Position numbers and translations under genes: made by a program
The notes under the pieces: model-generated
What the model was told of the DNA's origin: nothing
Database searches by the model: none
What the model saw: only the letters and a program-made list of their open reading frames with translations
Shown: piece by piece, positions 14,303-26,870 of the stretch
Position numbering within the stretch: the stretch's first letter is position 1
Layout of the letters: each line of letters opens with the position of its first letter
NCBI RefSeq assembly: GCF_016432865.1
Contig: NC_067403.1
Span: 195,796,001 to 195,860,000, forward strand
Direction: 5' to 3'
DNA from: Antechinus flavipes
Lineage: Eukaryota
Length of the DNA: 64,000 nucleotides

Positions 14303-14384
14303 CTGACTGGTTCTTTAGGGAAGAGGAGGTTTCTGTGACCTTAGAAGAGTTTGTTTTGGCTGTTTTGTCACTGCTTGTCTCCCT
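14303..14384 (-). CDS. NSD2: NSD2 exon, 82 nt (RETSSDKTAKTNSSKVTETSSSLKNQS)
   Basis: Not in the ORF track; translated by hand. Acceptor TTTTTGTAACAG| at 14385; donor CAG|GTAATA at 14302. Homologous to human RDTITDKTARTSSYK...SSLKSQ. Confidence 0.94.
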
Positions 14385-15670
14385 CTGTTACAAAAAGAAA
14401 AAATAAAAATAAAAACTCCCACTGTGAGCGAATATAGAAATTATTTCTGGAGAGTTACTGAAAAAAATAAATTTCTTTTGTTTGAAATTCCAAATACGTT
14501 CTGAGCAAAAGAGTTGCTTATAGATTTCCTACAAAATTAAGACTGATTTAAATAATCCAGAAGGAACAATTTAATACCCTCAAAGGAAATAAAACAAATT
14601 TTCAACAAATAGCTTCATATATACATAAGTGTTAATATCTGACAAAGAATAAAGGGATTAAGTCCCAACATATCTTAAACAGAAGGACTTTAATTTCAAT
14701 AATGCTTTGTCATCTGAAATTTATTGGATTTATATAAATTCATGTTAGCCTTCAAACTACTAAGATAAAAATTCAGAAAGGAACAAATTGGGAAAAGTAT
14801 TTCTCTACAGAATCTGAGCTATCTAATTTAAATTTTGCCATAACACCATTGTTCTTTTGTATTGGTAATTATCAAGTTAGTATCAACATTTTCATTGAAA
14901 TCAGGCTGTTAATTAACTTGTAGTTTAAGTTATTTATTAAATAAAATTGTTGACTGGAAAATGCAAACATTTTAAAATATACCTTTTCAAATCTGTTAAG
15001 TGGAACTATGCTTCAGCATGTTTGAAGCATTATCTTAAAAATAGCCATTTCCATCTGATAACTTCTTGATAACTGAACTACAATGAGGTGCTAAGCTCAA
15101 TCTTTCTGATATACATTTATATCAATGTTCTGAAATTTAAAAATAGGAATTATGCCTTAAGAGCAATACTATCTAATATTTCATAAAAATATTGACTTTT
15201 AAAACAAATATCATAAGAGAACACCATTTCTTAGGGCCACCTTACACATCAAGATTTATAAACAGTCTCATTTCAAGATAAAAAATTGGAAAGGACTATA
15301 AGTATGCACCCAGTAAACATTTAAGCTCTACTACTAACAAACAGGAGTAATGTGCCACCTAGTGATGTTTGCTCCAACCATCCAGTCTATCAATGAATCA
15401 AAAGCATCCAGAAAGGCACAGACATTAGTTAAAATATAAGAATAAGCTATGCAATTAAAAAAAAAAAAGAAAGACTTCTTGTTCCTTATGATAAATTTCA
15501 TCCCTGGATTTTTCAGAATAGGTGTATATATTCTAGTAAAAACAGAAAAGATTAAAAAAAAAATTCATTAACTATTTCAGATCTGTGAGAAATAGAACTT
15601 CATGCAGAGTTTATATATATGTATAACATATATATACACACACACATATGTGTATAAATAAATTAAAAAC

Positions 15671-15815
15671 TTTTGTTTGGTGAGGCAATTGAGATTAAGT
15701 GACTTGCCCAAGGTCACACAGCTAGTAAGTGTTAAAGTGTCTGAGGCCGCATTTGAACTCAGGTCCTCCTGACTCCAGGGCCCATGCTCTATCCACTACA
15801 CCATCTAGCTGCTCC
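15671..15815 (-). mobile_element. WSINE1-like tRNA-derived CORE SINE
   Basis: Reverse complement reads ggagcagctagatggtgtagtggatagagc...ggaggacctgagttcaaatgcggcctcagacac...gggcaagtcacttaatctcaattgcctca, then an A-rich tail. Confidence 0.85.
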
Positions 15816-16329
15816 TATATTCAACTCTCATATATAATGCTATGCCCCGTGTTTGAATGAAGTAAAGGTATTCTTTTCAAATATTTTCATATTAAAACAA
15901 TTTATATATAAACATATGTACACATATATGGGAAATAATATCATGAAATAAAAACTTCAAGAGGTTAAAATACATTTGCAATACACAAAATATGTAAAAT
16001 CCTAGGTTTAGGTTTATCAAACAAATAATCCACCTATTTTAATGGATGATTTATCCTTGGAATAAAAGAAGGCAATTCTTTTCCTCTATGGTATTGTATA
16101 ATGAGGGAAAAAGTTTATCAGTGCTTAGATATAACATATATTGTATTATCAATTTACATATTATTGAAGATCATGGATGACAGTTTTGAAAAACTAAATA
16201 AATGTCTAGAATTTGACTAAAATTACATAAAATGAAAGAGTTTGTGATTTAACCAAGATATAATTTCCAAATAGGCTGTACTATACTCCCTCTCAAAAAA
16301 CCTATAGAAACCTGTAAGGAATTTAATTT

Positions 16330-16545
16330 TTGAGGCAGGAAATCAAAACCTGTGATTTCATTGATGTGTAAAGAAATCCCAGTGATTAAGGTCCTCCTAC
16401 CAATGCTGAACTTCAATTTTTCTGTAACCTCTATTATTACAAAGTTGCCCAGTGCACTGAAAAGTTAAGGGACTTGACCACAATCACAGACCCAATATTT
16501 GTTAAAAACAGGTCTTCCTGACTTCAAAATCAGCTCTCATTGCTC
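16330..16545 (-). mobile_element. WALLSI4-like SINE remnant (relatives at ~54870-55050 minus and ~58420-58615 plus)
   Basis: tgtgatttcattgatgtg...cctcctaccaatgc...agttgcccagtgcactgaaaagttaagggacttg. Family name from recall. Confidence 0.55.
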
Positions 16546-16936
16546 TTTCACTTCCTCTCTTCATGAACTCAGATTTCAAAAAAGCATTAGTTTCTTTGTA
16601 TTTAGTACACTTTTAGATTTAATGGAAATCAATCTCAATCTATGAAGGACTCCCTTTTATAGAGCAAAATTAATATTATAAAATAAGGTATTATATAATG
16701 ACATTCTCAAATTTCACAAACATCAATTTAATTATGCTCTTGGTGAAATCTTCATTTGGTTAATCAGATTTGTTTCCCAAAGATAAATATCTAAATAAAT
16801 ATCTTCTGACTAGGTTATTATAATGACAAATTCCAATTTCACAGAATTGAATCAAAAATAAAAATACTAACAAATTTAATCAATCATGTGACTGGTATTT
16901 TTATAAGCAATTCAAACAATCCAATAATATAATTAC

Positions 16937-17055
16937 CTTCCGATTATTGTGTTTATCCATCCTGAGTCTTTTCCTAGCTGGTTCCTGAACTTCAAAATCT
17001 TCTGTAGGGTGCTGTGTCCTCTTTGTATGGTTTCTTTTTTTTCCATGTAAGTTAC
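16937..17055 (-). CDS. NSD2: NSD2 exon, 119 nt ([40 protein letters not shown]), basic NLS-like segment
   Basis: Homologous to human [13 protein letters not shown]...RKRLRTDKH. Acceptor TTCCAAG| at 17056; donor AAG|GTAATT at 16936. Confidence 0.96.
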
Positions 17056-20000
17056 CTTGGAATGGGGGATGGGGAAACTTACATGAAAAAATACTCTTAA
17101 AGCCCAATTAAAAGTATTGTGAACCTATCAAGGGTAGCAAATTTTAAAAACTTAAATGTTCCTCGATGCATTTAAAAGTTTCTTTAATCATAATAGTATC
17201 TCTCTAGGGCCTTGCTGTTACAGGCCAAATTAATTTACCAAAAATTTCAAGGAACAACATCAAACATCCTATTATGTCATTTATTGAAGCTTTGGAATGT
17301 TTTCTTTATCTGATGATTTATCTTGTAATAATTTTTATTATAACAGTACCAAAATACTTCAGAATCTTACAAATTTTAATATGGGCCCATTAAAATTAAA
17401 TGTGCACACACACACGCACACACACACAAAAGTATGTATACACATATGTATGTGTGTACATATACATATACAAATTCTTTACAATTCTTTGAATTTCAAT
17501 GACTTACTTAAAATAACAAGTGTTCTCCCTTTTATTTTGTATGTTAACAACTTCTTAACATTTTCTCTGAATCTGAAATGCATTATATCCTTTTAGGATA
17601 TAAAAAACCTGAAGAATTCAATTTAAGAGTCATATAAAGGAATCAGACATTTAACTTGATAAGCAGTTGACCTATCTTGATATGGAAATTTATATATTCT
17701 CTAACTAAAGGAGAAAATGTCTTCATTTACATAATTGCTTTAAAAAAGCATTAGCTGAGAGAGCTAATCCAAGCTTTTTAAAAATCATCACTAGGTTGGG
17801 ACCTCTGCCAATATACCACTCTTTGAGAACAGCTGGTATCTATAACTATAGAATTAAATCCCAGAGCATCAGAAATATGTTTTCCAGATCCAGGTGAATA
17901 ATCTATCTACCTATCAAACTAAAAGAAAGAAACAGCTATTGCACAGAGTCTCAACTAAGTGCATGTTTTAAGAATACAAAATAGTAAAATGGCTCAACAA
18001 TCACAAGGTGTATTGACATATCAAGTATGGACAAATTAGCTTAAAAAGTAAAGCATGCCTGGTTAAATTAAATGTCCATAACTATACGTTGCTTCCAGAA
18101 ACCCACCTGCTGGATGGCAAAAAATACCCAAAGAAAAACCTTCAAACTTGTATTTACCTATCCTCTCTAATGCACAAAATAATATATAGATAACCGGCTT
18201 GCTCTATTCACATACTTCTTTTGTTGACAAAGTTAAAACTAAAGAAGAGGCCCAGCACTCACCCCATTATGTTTCTCTTATTACAATCACTAAACCATTA
18301 TAGTCAATAACAATCTTTGTTCTAGATTGTAGTAAACTATGTGATTTATTCAGAAATCCCTTTCATGTATCACATTTTATTTCAAATGCCTATAATTATA
18401 ATAGTTTTAAAGGTCAATGAGGTAGCCCAGACATAGGTTCTCTGAATACTTTCAAAAACTAATACTCAAGGTAAGATAGTCAATGCCATGAACATTCTGC
18501 ATCTTTATTAATTAGCACCAGAGTAATTTTAAAATTAAGACAGCTGAAAACAAATACTTTGATTAAACACCATTTGCAGAAGAGGACTACAAACAAATAC
18601 TTAAATTCTACTAGCTTTCTAAGCACAAAAATTTTTTTAAACAAATTTGTGAAACATTTTTTGAAAAAGCAAAGATAAAAGCAAGAGTTACTTCTATCTT
18701 TTGTTATCATCAAGCTAGTTATTTCAAATCCACAGCTTACACTACAGGGTTAAGATTAACTTTTTTTGGGAGGGGAATCAAGTATTCTATTAGTTTTAGT
18801 CAAACATGCCAAGCTTTTAAAATTGTGACACTTTTCTGAAATTAATTTATCCCATGAAGAAGTCTAAAAATTAATTATTTCCACTTATTGACTACTAAAA
18901 CCCTCTCACTATTCTAATCACATTATTTGCAAAAGACACTGACCAAAGTAACAATTTCAATACCACAGATTGAATAGAAATTTTATATTGGATCTATTAA
19001 AATCCTTAAAATAAGACAATAGCTTCTAAAGAAAAAATGAAGATATTATGGTATGTGGGTGATTACAATCAATCACTTTTTTAAATGGTCAACTAATTGT
19101 ACACAATACAAATTGCAATTACTTCTGGATCTTGATCTCCTTTTAGGTGAATCTTGAAACACTTTACGTTTGGTCTCTCCAATATTCTTCAATGATGAAC
19201 CTTGAGAGATACAGAATTTTTTTGTTTTTTTAAACTGATATCCAAATATTTTATATGATTCTTAAAATACTGTTAATTTCCCAACAAAATAATTTTGGAC
19301 ACACATTCAATTTAAATATGATCTTTATACATTAAAAAAAAATCTGGTAAAACACACCCTCATTCTTGTCATTGCCCAAAGCAAAGTGTCACACTGAAAT
19401 TTTTCAAAAACTGGAAAAATTCTTTCTTAAGAGTGCTATAAAGAAGTAATGGGGTCAAAGATCATTTGATTTTAAAGATCAGGCCAGCTTCATATGCTTT
19501 GTATAACTTTTTCTTCAAGTAACTTACTCAAGAGAGTAATAAACATTCATCAAATGATGAATCAAAAACACATGTCAATTAAGACAACTCCCAGGAATAA
19601 TTTATATTTGTTAATATTGCCAGATATAAAGCATGAGTAAAACAAGTTATTTTTAAGGGTTTTGGAAGATATTCCCTGGGATTATAGCTCTAGTTGTCTG
19701 CAAAAGTGGGATATGACTGCTGTTTATAAATCTTTCATACACCAAATGATCCGTGAATTTGCACTCACAGAAAACATCTTAATTTCCCAACTCTTCCTCT
19801 CCAAACCTTTCTCAAATATTTCTGCAGATAGTAAAGGCTAGAGTGCAGCTGCTTTTAGGCAAAAGAAGAATGAGAAACCTGTAATTTCAAAACAACAGAA
19901 GGTGTATGTACATAAAACAGCTCTTCATTAACAATAAGCAAGAAATGTAGACTTCAGAGAGTGCTTTTTTATTGTAATCATTTGTATTTTTTTTTTGCTA

Positions 20001-20139
20001 CTGGCACAAACACCACATAGTAAAACTGGAAAACAGTGAACCACTTCTTTCCCTACACATCTCAAATATATGTGCTTAGTTTGACATCACTATACATATA
20101 AATTTTAATTAGAGTACACTAGCACAGTTTTGTGTTTAC

Positions 20140-20284
20140 CAGAGTCTTCTTCAGATTTGGGAGAGGTCACTATGGCAAACTTTGTGTTATAACGAGCTTT
20201 CTGCTTTTCATTAAGCATATTCCACTGTGATTCGAGCAATTCTTCAATTTCTTCAGATGAAGCATCTGGATGTTCAGCAACTAC
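20140..20284 (-). CDS. NSD2: NSD2 exon, 145 nt, HMG box ([36 protein letters not shown]...EEDS-G)
   Basis: Translation match. Acceptor TTCACAG| at 20285; donor CTG|GTAAAC at 20139. Confidence 0.98.
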
Positions 20285-21039
20285 CTGTGAATACAAATGT
20301 TTATTAAAAGCAATATTTTTTAAACTGTGCTTTTAACTAATAATAATGCATTTATTGCCCCATAGATATTAATTCTAATAAGCTTTAGACTTAAAAAAGT
20401 AAAACTATAATTTTAAAAAATAATTATATTAGTGAGCCAGTAATATTGGGAAGAAAAAAATTTTGCTTCATCAACAATACAGAAGTCTTTGAAAACACCA
20501 TCACTCTATATATTGCAATTATACTTATTTTTTTAAAAATTCAACTATATAATTTTTCTCTTCTCTCCATAGCTCTCAACTACTTAAAAAAAAAAAGTAA
20601 AGAAAAAGAGAACTATGTTAAACAATATTCATGGTCAAGAAAAACAAACTTTCACAATGGTATCTAATTTTTGTCTAATTTTGTATCTTCAATATATCAC
20701 TTCTCTGTTCAGATGAGATGAGCTGCAAGTTCCTCTGGATCATGGGTCATTAATTATCTTCAAACAGAACATTTTAATTTTTAGTGATGGAAAATAAGCC
20801 TCAATTTTATCATCTTAACAATATTAGTACTGTTTTATAAGTAGGGTTCTTAAGCCTCCTTTATAGCTAGGAACTAGATCTTTTTACAGAATATAAGCCA
20901 CTACTTGACATATTTCATTTTGATCACATTGTTGACAGCTAAAATCTACCTGTAGAGACTTTTTTTTTACAATTCAGGAAGATTTCCCACAAGATTAGTA
21001 GCAAGGAACTTTCCATGTAGATCTTACTAATCGGCAATT

Positions 21040-24000
21040 CAACCCAAGAAAGGATTTGTTAAGCATCTGTAACATTCAAACACTTGTTGTAGATGCAAGG
21101 AATACAAAATAATAGAAACAATTATAAAGATAAATACAAAATACATACCAAGTAATTTCAAGAAGAGAGGAGTGAAAATAACTTGAGATTAACACACAAA
21201 AAAATGGAACTATACTATAAAGGACACGATCTTTTATGAGGCAGAAGTAAGGAGGGAGAATATTCTAGATATAGCAGTCATTTGTGCAAATGTATGGAAG
21301 CATGAAAGAAAATATGATGTATGAGCAACAAGTCAATGTGGCTAAAAAAGAATATGAATAACATGATGGAGATGAATTGGATTATGGAAGTCTTTAAATA
21401 ACAAATTGGGTAAAGTATTGAAAAAATTATTAAGAGGTGACAAAAAATAGGTATGTTTTAATATCAGTTTGGCATTATGAAAAGGATGGATTGGAGAGAG
21501 GTGAGTCAGGGAAATAAATTATAAAGTCATTTTAATAGTACAGGTGAGAGATGATGAGGGTTTAAATTAGGGTAGAAGTTAAATGGATAAAGTGGGACAG
21601 AGATAAAAGATGTTATGAAGGTAAATGTGAAGGAATGGGAAAAGTCAAAGGACCAAAGAAGTCTAAATGAGGGACTAGATGGATAGATAGTATCCTCAAC
21701 AAAACATAAATAGCAAAGTGTGGAAAAGGGTAACCTTGGAGGAAAATGTGAATTTTTCTTAGGAAATACTTAAGATGCCTATGGAACATTTAGGGGAAAA
21801 TATTCAGTAAGTTAATATACTTGGAGCTAAGAGTGGATATGCAAAGACTAGATATATTGATTTGGTATTTCTCTGTATAAAGATATTTCAACCCAAGTGA
21901 GATGAACTCACCAAGATACAGAAAGAAGACTCAAATCAAATTCCTCAATCCCTAGAACTGTTAATATGCAGAAGATGATGATCTAGTAAAAAAGCCTGAA
22001 AAGGAATGGTCAGAGAAAGAAAACCAAGAGGCATGTCATAGAAGCCAAGAAAGCAAAGAATGTCTACAAGGATGTAAAGAAGACAATGCTGAAATCTATG
22101 TAAATGGATCAAAGAGAATGAGCACTAAAAAATGAACACTAAACTTAGCATTTAGGGATTCATCTAGCCATTCTAGAGAATAATTTGGCACTATGCCCAA
22201 AAGGCTATAAAATAGTACATACCTTTGACTAAACAGTATCTCCACTAGGTCTGTATCCCAAAAAGATCATAAAAGAGAGGAAAAGGACCCACATGTGCAA
22301 AAATTTTTGTGGAAGCTCTTTTTTTTTTTTTTTTTTTTGGTGCAAGGAAACTGAGTGGATGTCCATTAATTGTGGAATGGTTGACTATGGCATATATAAT
22401 GGAATACTACTGTTTATAAGAAATGCTGAATGGGCTGATTTCAGAGAAGTCTGGAAAGACTAAACTAATGGTGAGTGAAGTAAGCAGAATCAGAAGAACA
22501 CTGTACACAGTTATGGCAAGTTATGTCACGATCAACTATAATAGATTTAGCTCGTCTCAGCAATACAGTGATCCAAGATAATTCCAGTAGACTTGGAATG
22601 GAAAATGTCATCTGCATTAAGAGAGAACTACAAAGACTGAATGCAGATTGAATCATACTAGTTTCAACTTTGTTTGCTTGCTTTTTCTTCCTCATGATTT
22701 TCACTTTTTGTTCTGTTTTTCTTTCACAATATGACTAATATGAAAATAGGTTTAAAATGATTATACATGTATAACCTATAATACATAGCTTGTTGCTTTG
22801 GGGAAGGAGAAAAAAAGAATGTTAAAAACTATCTTTACATATAACTAAAATATAAAATACTATTGAGGAAAAAAAAAAGAAATTGTAGGAATCTTGATGA
22901 AAGCAGTTTCAACTGATTGATGAGGAAAAAATGAATGCAAGATATTGAAAAATGGGAACTATGTGGGAAATTCAGGCAATAAATGTTGCCAAATTTTTCT
23001 AGGACTTTGATTGCAAAAAGGAGATATAAAACAAACTAAAGAAATAGCATTTGACTTCTCGCTAATGCTTTTTATTGTCCTCATTTGCATCATTCTTGTG
23101 TATTGCTTCTATTCCTCTTACAATCTTGAAACCATAGTTGACCAATTCATTCATGAGCTCTCCTTGCTTCGATTTAGTGGACAAGAAGTGATGATTTACA
23201 TTTGTAGGAAATGAGAAAGGAGTAAGAGATTAAATATGTGAGAAGGAGGGAATGAATCTGGAGCAAACTTTTGGAAGACAAGATCAAGGACACAAATGGA
23301 AGAAGATCCATCTCCTCATCAGATTCTGGAACAAGTGAGAAAAGAGAAGTTTTTTTTTTAATGCATTTGAAGTATAGTGTGAGGAAGAAAAGGAACTTAC
23401 TACAGATGATCTCTATCTTCTTAATAAAAGATGTGAGGTCTTCTGCTGAAAGAGTAAGGAAGAAGTGGCACATAAGAGGTTTAAGAAGAATGAAGATTTG
23501 GAATAGAGAAGAAAAAAAGGACTGTCACATGACAAAGAGGGTCATTTAAGGTTAGATAATAAATTTATGATGAAGATAGTCAGCATGTGTGACTTTCTCC
23601 AAATATATTCAATATTATTTGATAATGAAAAGAGAAGTCAGATAGCATGGATAACCCCAACCCCCAAAGTTCAGTCTTGGTAAGATATAACCAAAGATGG
23701 AAAATAAAGCTAGAGATTCAAATCAAAAGTAGTTGATGGATAGTAGTCAACTATGGGGTCAATAACAGAAGGAAAGATAAAGTTAGAGGAAGGGTGTTAT
23801 GAATTGATACAACAAAGAAAGAGTTTAGTGATTGAAGATTTCAATCAAGAATGTGTTTAGGAAGAATGAGGCAAGAGATTGAAAGGCAAAAATTTGTGGT
23901 CAAAAAAAGGATTCTTCAAGTTTTAGATAATGGATATAAAAAATTATAGGTTATGGTTAGATCAAGAATGTGACATTATTTTATGTAGCTGAAATGGAAT

Positions 24001-24290
24001 GAAGATTAAGGTCATCAGAGTTTGGAAACTAATGATAAAAGACGGCAGGTTATTTGAGGAAATATTAGTATATGTATTCTAAAGTTCTGAAGTATGAAGA
24101 CAGATTGGAAGAGGGGAGTAGAAAAACATGAGTAGAGAACTGAAGCTTCTTGAGCAAAACAGAATGACTAGTATGCACTAAATGATTGGTGACAAGGTTA
24201 TTGAGGTGGATGATAAAAATAGATGGAGTAGACCCTTAAAGAGAGGAAGGTTGCTGATTATTTAATGGCAAAAAGGACAATCTAGAAATA
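21040..24290 (-). mobile_element. Long decayed L2 remnant, interrupted by the L1 at 22161-22880
   Basis: Purine-rich plus strand; L2-type 3' end reversed (atttgttaagcatctg...tagatgcaaggaatacaaaa). Boundaries approximate. Confidence 0.65.
22161..22880 (+). mobile_element. L1 3' fragment inserted in an L2 remnant
   Basis: ctatgcccaaaaggctataaaatag...gacccacatgtgc...ctcagcaatacagtgatccaag, then an A tail. Boundaries approximate. Confidence 0.85.
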
Positions 24291-24689
24291 AGGGTGAAAA
24301 CAACTCCAGTGCTTTGTGATTATCATTCTCTATTCTCTCTTCCAGTACTTTAAATGGATCTGTGATATCATCCATGTTGGTAGTTTCTCCAACAGAGAAC
24401 ACAATTCATCCTGCCTTTTTATATCAGCCTGCCTCTAGAGGCCAACCCAATGTACTGGGAACTCTTCATGGAGTCTCCTTGATACCAATAAAATACACAT
24501 AGGCTGTCCATGAATAATTCTTCATTCTATTGCCAAACAATAAGCTCCATTATCTTCTTCAATCATACATTTCTTTGATGACATGCTTTTCGTAATTTTT
24601 AATGTTTCTTTCTGCAATGTGTTGCAGCCTGCATAGTCACTATGCACCTTTCCATCACTGAATGAAAAGCCGTATTAAAATATGGAATT

Positions 24690-25486
24690 TTCCTTTAGGT
24701 GAACAATTTGGAAGTCCAAAGGATTTTCAAACATTTTGATTCAGCAACACAATTACTAGGATCTTTATCCCAAAGAGATTTTTTTAAAAGAGAAAAGGAC
24801 CTATATATAGAAAAAATTATAAACTATTTTTATGTGGCAAAGAAGTGGAAATTGAAGAAATGTCTATCAATTAGGAAATGGCTAAACATGTTTTATTCTC
24901 TGCCTTAAGAAATGACGAGCAAATTTCAGAAGACATAACTAATGGACAGTTAAGTAGAACAAAAAGAACATTATACACAGTAACAGCATTATTATATGAT
25001 GAAGAACTGTATTGCTTCTATTCCTCTTACAATCTTGAAGCCATAGTTGACCAATTCATCCATTAGTTTCCTTGCTTTGCTTTAGTGGACAGAGAATATT
25101 GTGTACATTTGTAGGAAATGAGAAAGGAGTAAGAGATTAAATATGTGAGAAGGAGAGAATGAACCTGGAGCAAACTTTTGGGAGACAGGATCAAGGACAC
25201 AAATGGAAGGAGATCCATCTTCTTCTTATACTAAGCAATACAATGATTCAGGACAATTCTGAAGGCCGTAGGACAAAAAATGTTATCTATCCTAGCAAAA
25301 AAACACAGGACAATTCTAAAGGCCTTAGGATAAAAAATGTTATCTATCCTAGCAAAAAAACAAATAACAAAACTGATGGAATCTGAATACAAATTGAAGA
25401 ACACTCTTTTAAAAACTTTATTTTTCTTGTGGGGAGGGAAGTCTTTTGAAACTTGGATAATTTGGAAATGTTTTGTATGATTCGAT
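24690..25486 (+). mobile_element. L1 3' fragment carrying a foreign ~213-bp insert and a 57-bp tandem duplication
   Basis: L1 3' motifs (ggaaatggctaaaca, gaacattatacacagtaacagca, agcaatacaatgattc) on both sides of the insert. Confidence 0.8.
25249..25362. repeat. 2 x 57-bp tandem duplication
   Basis: caggacaattct(g/a)aaggcc(g/t)tagga(c/t)aaaaaatgttatctatcctagcaaaaaaaca twice, with 3 mismatches. Confidence 0.97.
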
Positions 25487-25529
25487 GTGTGCAATCTATA
25501 TCAAATTATTTGCCTTCCAGAAACTAGGC

Positions 25530-26870
25530 ACAGACCAACATCTCATATCTATACCAAGATAAAGTTAAAAGAAGTACATGATTTAGACATAAAGGGTGAT
25601 ATTATAAGCAAATTGAGAGAAAGGAATGGTTTGCCTGTCAGATCTTTAACAATGGAAGGAATTTATGACCAAACAAGAAACAGAAAATGTTATGAAATGC
25701 AAAACAAATATACCAATTACATTAAATGAAGACAATTTTGCACAAACAAAACCAATTCAACCAAGATTAGAAGGAAAGCTGAAAGATGGGAAACAATTTT
25801 TACAACCAATGGTTCTGACAAAAGCCTTATTTTTTAAAATATATAGAGAACTGAATGAAATTTATAAGAATATAAATCATCCCTCAATTGATAAATGGTC
25901 ACAGGATACAAAAACAAGCAGTTTTCAGATGAAGAAATGAAAACAACAAAAAAAATTTTTTAATAAAAAATAAAAACTGTCTGTAACCATGCAAAAAAAA
26001 AAATACTCCAAATCATTAATGATTAGAGAAATGCAAATTAAAACAAGTCTGAGGTACCATCTCATACCTATCAGTTTGGCTAATAGGTTAGGAAAAGAAA
26101 ATGATAAATGTATCATTGGTGGAGTTGTGAACTGATCCAACTATTCTGGAGTGCAATTTAGAACTATGCCCAAAGGGCTAGAAAACCTAATACCTTTTGA
26201 TCCAGCAATACCACTACTAGGACTGTATCCCAAAGAAATCATAAAAGGGGGGAAAGGACCCACATGTGCAAAAATGTTTATAACAGTTCTTTTTGTGGTG
26301 ACAAGTAACTCAAAACTGAGGGCATGCCTGTCACTTGGGGAATGGCTGAATAAGTTATGGTTTATGAATATAATGGAATATTACTGTTTTATAAGAAATG
26401 ATGAGCAGGCTGATTTCAGAAAAAGCCTGGAAAGACTTACATGAATTGATGCTGAACAAAGTGAACAGAACAATAAAAGCAACATTATGCAATGTTCAAC
26501 TATGATAGACTTAGCTCTTAGCAATATAGTGATCCAAGTCATTCCAAAAACTAAAAAGATGGAAAATGCCATTCACATCCAGAGAAAACTACTATGGAGA
26601 CTGAATACAGATTGAAGTGTATTATTTTTACTCAAATTTTTTTTGTTATGGTCTTCCTTTTTGTTTTGATGCTTCTTTCATAATATGACCAATAAAGAAA
26701 TATTTTAACGTAATTGTGCATGTATAACCTATATCAGATAACTTGCTATCTTGGGAAGGGGTCCCAGAAGAAAAAATCTGGAATTCTTAATCTTACAAAA
26801 ATGAAATGCTGAAAAGTATCTTTACATGTAATTGGAAAAAATTGAAATAGAATTATAAGGGGAAAATAAT
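25530..26870 (+). mobile_element. L1 fragment: decayed ORF2 C-terminal region and 3' UTR
   Basis: Remnant ORF2 peptides (IYTKIKLKEVHDLDIKGD; LIPFDPAIPLLGLYPKEII) with stops and frameshifts. Confidence 0.9.

Noticed and set aside
25487-26444. ORFs resembling L1 ORF2 (e.g. FDPAIPLLGLYPKE)
   Set aside because: Fragmented, frameshifted L1 remnants, not host genes. The same applies to the ORF-track entries at 45370, 49965, 51466-51850 and 57616-57947.
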